Source: Escherichia coli
GTDB taxonomy: Bacteria; Pseudomonadota; Gammaproteobacteria; Enterobacterales; Enterobacteriaceae
Strand: one strand, 5' to 3'
Length of the DNA: 64,000 nucleotides
Assembly: GCF_003018255.1 (NCBI RefSeq)
Contig: NZ_CP027440.1
Shown here: piece by piece, positions 57,857 through 64,000 of the stretch
Position numbering within the stretch: the stretch's first letter is position 1
Layout of the letters: each line of letters opens with the position of its first letter
Notes under the pieces: model-generated
What the model was told of the DNA's origin: nothing
Databases searched by the model: none
The model's input: only the letters and a program-made list of their open reading frames with translations
Made by a program: the position numbers and the translations under genes

Positions 57857-58447
57857 TTAGTAGTCAATCCCTATCTGCGCTTTTACACCGGCATCAAACG
57901 CATGTTTCACGGGGCGTAATTCACTCACCGTATCCGCCAGTTCAAGAATATCCCGATGACAGCCTCGACCCGTGATAATCACCGTCTGTTGATGTGGACG
58001 TTCATTTAACGCCTGCACCACTTCTTCCAGTGGCAAATAGTCATACGCCACCATATACGTCAGTTCATCGAGCAAAACCATATCCAGTGAAGGATCGGCC
58101 AGCATTCGTTTGGCATGTTGCCAGACTTCACGGCAGGCCGCGGTATCAGATTCGCGATTTTGTGTATCCCAGGTAAAGCCCGTTGCCATCACCTGAAACT
58201 CAACGCCATGTGGCTCCAGTAGATTGCGCTCGCCATTAGGCCAGGTGCCTTTAATAAACTGCACGATACCCACTTTTTTGCCATGGCCTACTGCACGAGT
58301 TGCCGTACCAAATGCCGCGGTGGTTTTGCCTTTTCCATTGCCGGTAAAGACGATGATAATACCGCGCTCATCCTGGGCCTGGGCCACACGAGCATCGACT
58401 TTTTCTTTCACTCGCTGCTGACGCTGTTGGTAGCGTTCATCACTCAT
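57857..58447 (-). CDS. btuR: cob(I)alamin adenosyltransferase
   Basis: 196 aa with P-loop GNGKGKTTAA; overlaps yciK stop. Confidence 0.9.
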   Translation of the reverse strand: MSDERYQQRQQRVKEKVDARVAQAQDERGIIIVFTGNGKGKTTAAFGTATRAVGHGKKVGIVQFIKGTWPNGERNLLEPHGVEFQVMATGFTWDTQNRESDTAACREVWQHAKRMLADPSLDMVLLDELTYMVAYDYLPLEEVVQALNERPHQQTVIITGRGCHRDILELADTVSELRPVKHAFDAGVKAQIGIDY

Positions 58448-59202
58448 TGGGAAATTCCTGGTTTACGGCCCGGTTGGGCGTCAAAGGTCATGCCGGTTTT
58501 ACGGCGGCTGTCATCGCCCATCAGCCAGAGGTAGAGCGGCATGATATCAGCGGGTGTTTTAAGTTTCTGTGGATCTTCGGTCGGGAAGGCGCTGGCACGC
58601 ATTGCGGTGCGCGTACCGCCTGGGTTAATGCAGTTGACGCGCAGGCGCTGCTGATATTCATCGGCCAGTACCTGCATCATCCCTTCGGTGGCAAATTTCG
58701 ACGCTGCATATGCGCCCCAGTTGGCTCGTCCCTGACGTCCAACGCTTGATGAAGTAAAGACCAGTGAACCGGCGTCCGATTTGAGTAATAAAGGAAGCAG
58801 TGCCTGGGTGAGCATAAAGGTGGCATTAACGTTGACCTGCATGACGTCCTGCCAGACCTGCGGATTTTGTTCGCTCATAGGGCAAACATCGCCGAGCAAT
58901 CCGGCATTATGCAAAACACCATCCAGACGCGGATAATTAACGGCAATGCGCTGTGCCAGTTGTTGGCAATCTTCGGACGTGCAGGTCAGCAAATCGAGAA
59001 TAAACCACTGTGGCTGACGTCCAGTTTCTTCGTTTATGTGGCTGGCTACCTGACGTAATTTTTCTTCATTACGGCCCAACAGAATCACTGTCGCACCATA
59101 GCGTGCATACGTCATCGCGGCTTCACGGCCAATACCATCGCTGGCTCCCGTCACCAGGATAATGCGATCATTGAGTAAATCTTGTTTTGGCTGGTAATGC
59201 AT
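58444..59202 (-). CDS. yciK: short-chain dehydrogenase/reductase YciK
   Basis: 252 aa, TGASDGIG NAD(P)-binding motif and YxxxK active site. Confidence 0.8.
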   Translation of the reverse strand: MHYQPKQDLLNDRIILVTGASDGIGREAAMTYARYGATVILLGRNEEKLRQVASHINEETGRQPQWFILDLLTCTSEDCQQLAQRIAVNYPRLDGVLHNAGLLGDVCPMSEQNPQVWQDVMQVNVNATFMLTQALLPLLLKSDAGSLVFTSSSVGRQGRANWGAYAASKFATEGMMQVLADEYQQRLRVNCINPGGTRTAMRASAFPTEDPQKLKTPADIMPLYLWLMGDDSRRKTGMTFDAQPGRKPGISQ

Positions 59203-59421
59203 GGCTACTCCTCAACGACGTTGTCTGTCGCGCTGCCAGTGTACTTTATGACTTTGGGGCTTTATGCCTGAAACAGAAGGGCATTTCAATCAGCCTGGGG
59301 CGATAACACCGCAAAATGGATACTTTGTCATACTTTCGCTGCAATAACATCTCTGCGAGACGGCTTAACATGCCTGTTGTAAACTGTGAGCCAAAGCGTT
59401 GTTTAACCAAGGTGGGGACTC

Positions 59422-60471
59422 GTGGAATTGTTGTCTGAATATGGTTTGTTTTTGGCGAAAATCGTTACCGTTGTGCTAGCGATTGCGGCGATTGCCGCCA
59501 TTATTGTCAATGTTGCTCAACGTAATAAACGCCAGCGTGGCGAGTTACGGGTCAACAATCTCAGCGAACAGTATAAGGAGATGAAAGAAGAACTGGCCGC
59601 GGCGCTGATGGACACTCATCAGCAAAAACAGTGGCATAAAGCGCAGAAGAAAAAGCACAAGCAAGAAGCGAAAGCAGCAAAAGCGAAAGCCAAACTGGGC
59701 GAGGTGGCAACTGACAGTAAACCCCGCGTCTGGGTGCTGGATTTTAAAGGCAGCATGGACGCCCATGAAGTGAACTCGCTACGTGAAGAGATAACGGCGG
59801 TACTCGCAGCATTCAAACCGCAGGATCAGGTTGTGCTACGTCTGGAAAGCCCTGGTGGCATGGTGCATGGTTACGGGTTGGCGGCTTCGCAGTTGCAGCG
59901 TCTGCGTGATAAAAACATTCCTTTAACTGTTACGGTAGACAAAGTCGCTGCCAGCGGCGGTTACATGATGGCCTGTGTGGCGGACAAAATTGTTTCCGCA
60001 CCGTTTGCTATTGTGGGTTCCATTGGCGTGGTGGCGCAAATGCCCAACTTTAACCGCTTCCTGAAAAGCAAAGATATTGATATCGAACTGCACACCGCTG
60101 GGCAGTATAAGCGCACGCTGACCTTGCTGGGTGAAAACACCGAAGAAGGGCGGGAGAAATTCCGCGAAGAGCTGAACGAAACGCATCAGTTATTTAAAGA
60201 TTTTGTGAAGCGTATGCGTCCGTCTCTGAATATTGATCAGGTGGCAACGGGTGAACACTGGTACGGACAACAGGCGGTAGAGAAAGGCTTGGTTGATGAA
60301 ATCAACACCAGTGATGAAGTTATTCTTAGCCTGATGGAAGGCCGTGAAGTGGTCAATGTACGCTATATGCAGCGTAAACGACTCATTGACCGATTCACCG
60401 GCAGCGCGGCAGAGAGCGCCGATCGATTGTTGTTACGCTGGTGGCAGCGGGGGCAAAAGCCATTGATGTAA
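59422..60471 (+). CDS. sohB: inner-membrane peptidase SohB (S49 family)
   Basis: 349 aa, GTG start, MELLSEYGLFLAKIVTVVLAIAAIAAI.. TM then ClpP/S49-like domain. Confidence 0.85.
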   Translation: MELLSEYGLFLAKIVTVVLAIAAIAAIIVNVAQRNKRQRGELRVNNLSEQYKEMKEELAAALMDTHQQKQWHKAQKKKHKQEAKAAKAKAKLGEVATDSKPRVWVLDFKGSMDAHEVNSLREEITAVLAAFKPQDQVVLRLESPGGMVHGYGLAASQLQRLRDKNIPLTVTVDKVAASGGYMMACVADKIVSAPFAIVGSIGVVAQMPNFNRFLKSKDIDIELHTAGQYKRTLTLLGENTEEGREKFREELNETHQLFKDFVKRMRPSLNIDQVATGEHWYGQQAVEKGLVDEINTSDEVILSLMEGREVVNVRYMQRKRLIDRFTGSAAESADRLLLRWWQRGQKPLM

Positions 60472-60506
60472 AAGACAAACGCGAGGGTAAGACCTCGCGT
60501 TTTGCT

Positions 60507-60758
60507 TTAATCAACCAGGTGATATTTTTCTGAAAGCACATGGGCCAGGTGTTTGAACATATTAAACACCGCGGTGCTTTTGGCTGTTGGCAATCCTTGT
60601 TCATCTAAAAAGTAGTCGCCGGTAAATACCAGCACGCCATTACGCTGCGTGACGCCGGTGGCTTCAATCCCTGCGAGCGTATCCTCATGCTCACGAATGA
60701 TTTTGTTGGCCTCTTTCAACAGCGTCTCGCGGTCGATGGGTTGTGTCTCTTTGTTCAT
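60507..60758 (-). CDS. yciN: YciN
   Basis: 83 aa, conserved position between sohB and topA. Confidence 0.7.
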
Positions 60759-61137
60759 TATTTACTCCTTAAACAAGGACATTAGTCTACGCCAGGCATG
60801 GCTTGCAGACAAATATACCACGCTGGTGGCAAGAGCGCCTTACTGGCAACTTTGGATTTTGCATGCTAATAAAGTTGCGTATCGGATTTTATCAGGTACA
60901 GTGTGACGCTTTCGTCAATCTGGCAATAGATTTGCTTGACATTCGACCAAAATTCCGTCGTGCTATAGCGCCTGTAGGCCAAGACCTGTTAACTCAGTCA
61001 CCTGAATTTTCGTGAACAGAGTCACGACAAGGGGTTGATATCCGCAGAGAGCGAGTCCATATCGGTAACTCGTTGCCAGTGGAAGGTTTATCAACGTGCG
61101 ACGCATTCCTGGAAGAATCAAATTAGGTAAGGTGAAT

Positions 61138-63735
61138 ATGGGTAAAGCTCTTGTCATCGTTGAGTCCCCGGCAAAAGCCAAAACGATCAACAAGTATCTG
61201 GGTAGTGACTACGTGGTGAAATCCAGCGTCGGTCACATCCGCGATTTGCCGACCAGTGGCTCAGCTGCCAAAAAGAGTGCCGACTCTACCTCCACCAAGA
61301 CGGCTAAAAAGCCTAAAAAGGATGAACGTGGCGCTCTCGTCAACCGTATGGGGGTTGACCCGTGGCACAATTGGGAGGCGCACTATGAAGTGTTGCCTGG
61401 TAAAGAGAAGGTCGTCTCTGAACTGAAACAACTGGCTGAAAAAGCCGACCACATCTATCTCGCAACCGACCTTGACCGCGAAGGGGAAGCCATTGCATGG
61501 CACCTGCGGGAAGTGATTGGTGGTGATGATGCGCGCTATAGCCGAGTGGTGTTTAACGAAATTACTAAAAACGCGATCCGCCAGGCATTTAACAAACCGG
61601 GTGAGCTGAATATTGATCGTGTTAATGCCCAGCAGGCGCGTCGCTTTATGGACCGCGTGGTGGGGTATATGGTTTCGCCGCTTCTATGGAAAAAGATCGC
61701 TCGTGGTCTGTCTGCCGGTCGTGTGCAGTCGGTGGCGGTCCGCCTGGTGGTCGAGCGTGAGCGTGAAATTAAAGCGTTCGTACCGGAAGAGTTCTGGGAA
61801 GTCGATGCCAGCACGACCACGCCATCTGGTGAAGCGTTGGCGTTGCAGGTGACTCATCAGAACGACAAACCGTTCCGTCCGGTCAACAAAGAACAAACTC
61901 AGGCTGCGGTAAGTCTGCTGGAAAAAGCGCGCTACAGCGTGCTGGAACGTGAAGACAAACCGACAACCAGTAAACCTGGCGCTCCTTTTATTACCTCTAC
62001 GCTGCAACAAGCTGCCAGCACCCGTCTTGGTTTTGGCGTGAAAAAAACCATGATGATGGCGCAGCGTTTGTATGAAGCAGGCTATATCACTTACATGCGT
62101 ACCGACTCCACCAACCTGAGTCAGGACGCGGTAAATATGGTTCGCGGTTATATCAGCGATAATTTTGGTAAGAAATATCTGCCGGAAAGTCCGAATCAGT
62201 ACGCCAGCAAAGAAAACTCACAGGAAGCGCACGAAGCGATTCGTCCTTCTGACGTCAATGTGATGGCGGAATCGTTGAAGGATATGGAAGCAGATGCGCA
62301 GAAACTGTACCAGTTAATCTGGCGTCAGTTCGTAGCCTGCCAGATGACCCCAGCGAAATATGACTCCACGACGCTGACCGTTGGTGCGGGCGATTTCCGC
62401 CTGAAAGCACGCGGTCGTATTTTGCGCTTTGATGGCTGGACGAAAGTGATGCCTGCACTGCGTAAAGGCGATGAAGATCGTATCTTACCGGCAGTCGATA
62501 AAGGCGATGCTCTGACGCTCGTTGAACTGACACCAGCTCAGCACTTTACTAAGCCGCCAGCCCGTTTCAGTGAAGCATCGCTGGTTAAAGAACTGGAAAA
62601 ACGTGGTATCGGTCGTCCGTCTACCTATGCGTCGATCATTTCGACCATTCAGGATCGTGGCTATGTGCGAGTAGAAAATCGTCGTTTCTATGCGGAAAAA
62701 ATGGGCGAAATCGTCACCGATCGCCTTGAAGAAAATTTCCGTGAGTTAATGAACTACGACTTCACCGCGCAGATGGAAAACAGCCTCGACCAGGTGGCAA
62801 ATCACGAAGCAGAGTGGAAAACTGTACTGGATCACTTCTTCTCGGATTTCACCCAGCAGTTAGATAAAGCTGAAAAAGATCCGGAAGAGGGTGGTATGCG
62901 CCCGAACCAGATGGTTCTGACCAGCATTGACTGCCCGACTTGTGGTCGCAAAATGGGGATTCGCACAGCGAGCACCGGGGTATTCCTTGGCTGTTCTGGC
63001 TATGCGCTGCCGCCGAAAGAGCGTTGCAAAACCACCATTAACCTGGTGCCGGAAAACGAAGTGCTGAACGTGCTGGAAGGCGAAGACGCTGAAACCAATG
63101 CGCTGCGCGCAAAACGTCGTTGCCCGAAATGCGGCACGGCGATGGACAGCTATCTCATCGATCCGAAACGTAAGTTGCATGTCTGTGGTAATAACCCAAC
63201 CTGCGACGGTTACGAGATCGAAGAGGGCGAATTCCGCATTAAAGGTTATGACGGCCCGATCGTTGAGTGTGAAAAATGTGGCTCTGAAATGCACCTGAAA
63301 ATGGGGCGTTTCGGTAAATACATGGCCTGCACTAACGAAGAGTGTAAAAACACACGTAAGATTTTACGTAACGGCGAAGTGGCACCACCGAAGGAAGATC
63401 CGGTGCCATTACCGGAGCTGCCGTGCGAAAAATCAGATGCCTATTTCGTGCTGCGTGACGGTGCTGCCGGTGTGTTCCTGGCGGCCAATACCTTCCCGAA
63501 ATCGCGTGAAACACGTGCGCCATTGGTGGAAGAACTTTATCGCTTCCGCGACCGTCTGCCGGAAAAACTGCGTTATCTGGCCGATGCGCCACAGCAGGAT
63601 CCGGAAGGTAATAAGACCATGGTTCGCTTTAGCCGTAAAACCAAACAGCAATATGTCTCTTCGGAAAAAGACGGAAAGGCGACTGGCTGGTCAGCATTTT
63701 ATGTTGATGGCAAATGGGTTGAAGGGAAAAAATAA
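61138..63735 (+). CDS. topA: DNA topoisomerase I
   Basis: 865 aa from [22 protein letters not shown]..; Toprim and catalytic core, C-terminal zinc-ribbon repeats (CPTCG, CPKCG, CEKCG). Confidence 0.95.
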   Translation: MGKALVIVESPAKAKTINKYLGSDYVVKSSVGHIRDLPTSGSAAKKSADSTSTKTAKKPKKDERGALVNRMGVDPWHNWEAHYEVLPGKEKVVSELKQLAEKADHIYLATDLDREGEAIAWHLREVIGGDDARYSRVVFNEITKNAIRQAFNKPGELNIDRVNAQQARRFMDRVVGYMVSPLLWKKIARGLSAGRVQSVAVRLVVEREREIKAFVPEEFWEVDASTTTPSGEALALQVTHQNDKPFRPVNKEQTQAAVSLLEKARYSVLEREDKPTTSKPGAPFITSTLQQAASTRLGFGVKKTMMMAQRLYEAGYITYMRTDSTNLSQDAVNMVRGYISDNFGKKYLPESPNQYASKENSQEAHEAIRPSDVNVMAESLKDMEADAQKLYQLIWRQFVACQMTPAKYDSTTLTVGAGDFRLKARGRILRFDGWTKVMPALRKGDEDRILPAVDKGDALTLVELTPAQHFTKPPARFSEASLVKELEKRGIGRPSTYASIISTIQDRGYVRVENRRFYAEKMGEIVTDRLEENFRELMNYDFTAQMENSLDQVANHEAEWKTVLDHFFSDFTQQLDKAEKDPEEGGMRPNQMVLTSIDCPTCGRKMGIRTASTGVFLGCSGYALPPKERCKTTINLVPENEVLNVLEGEDAETNALRAKRRCPKCGTAMDSYLIDPKRKLHVCGNNPTCDGYEIEEGEFRIKGYDGPIVECEKCGSEMHLKMGRFGKYMACTNEECKNTRKILRNGEVAPPKEDPVPLPELPCEKSDAYFVLRDGAAGVFLAANTFPKSRETRAPLVEELYRFRDRLPEKLRYLADAPQQDPEGNKTMVRFSRKTKQQYVSSEKDGKATGWSAFYVDGKWVEGKK

Positions 63736-63944
63736 CCTTTAATTCTGTCAGGTTTTTATAAACAAAGGGTCGCGAAAGCGGCCCTTTTTTATTGCATATT
63801 ATTTTTTCTTCACACCTATACACTAAGGCTATAAATGATATAGTGGTTATAGTTAGCACCTTTTTTATTATTAAATCGTATTAGTCACCCGCCAGGTGTG
63901 ACGAAAAAACGATGTTCTGATGGCGTCTAAGTGGATGGTTTAAC

Positions 63945-64000
63945 ATGAAATTACAACAACTTCGCTATATTGTTGAGGTGGTCAATCATAACCTGAATGT
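63945..64000 (+). CDS. cysB: LysR-family regulator CysB (5' end only; continues beyond window)
   Basis: MKLQQLRYIVEVVNHNLN.. start of CysB immediately downstream of topA. Confidence 0.8.
   Translation, partial: MKLQQLRYIVEVVNHNLN

Noticed and set aside
1-64000. IS elements or transposases as the source of the repeats
   Set aside because: No transposase-like ORF and no terminal inverted repeats with target-site duplications were seen around the repeat families; the repeats look like regulatory or RNA modules.

Overview
The first ~43.2 kb of this window is the right-hand part of a lambdoid prophage, and the remaining ~21 kb is Escherichia coli-type core chromosome. The prophage reads left to right on the + strand: nin-region genes, rusA, antiterminator Q, a long cargo region, a phage-21-type lysis cassette (pinholin S, SAR endolysin R, Rz/Rz1), HNH-TerS-TerL packaging genes, an HK97-like head and a lambda-like tail (G/GT, tape measure, M, L, K, I, J, side fibre, fibre assembly). 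It ends at an attR that appears to lie in the 3' end of ompW (~43131-43247). The core chromosome carries yciE-yciF-yciG, trpABCDE with trpL, attenuator and promoter, yciV-yciO-yciQ-rluB, a small AT-rich two-gene islet, btuR-yciK, sohB, yciN, topA and the start of cysB. The prophage has the Q-tRNA-(cargo)-nanS-p-lysis layout of Stx phages but no stx genes. The most interesting signals are: (1) a ~1.3 kb AT-rich two-gene insertion between pinholin S and endolysin R; (2) two lipoproteins that mimic the C-terminal domains of TolA and TonB; (3) a five-copy family of structured RNA-like repeats whose closing helix shows compensatory base changes, plus two copies of a short antisense sRNA-like unit; (4) a four-unit repeat array between tail genes I and J; (5) a porin gene inside the tail operon and a hok-like toxin between J and the side fibre. 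No integrase, rRNA, CRISPR array or IS element was seen. All family assignments rest on reading the translations against remembered protein sequences; no database search or computation was run, and GC estimates are by eye.
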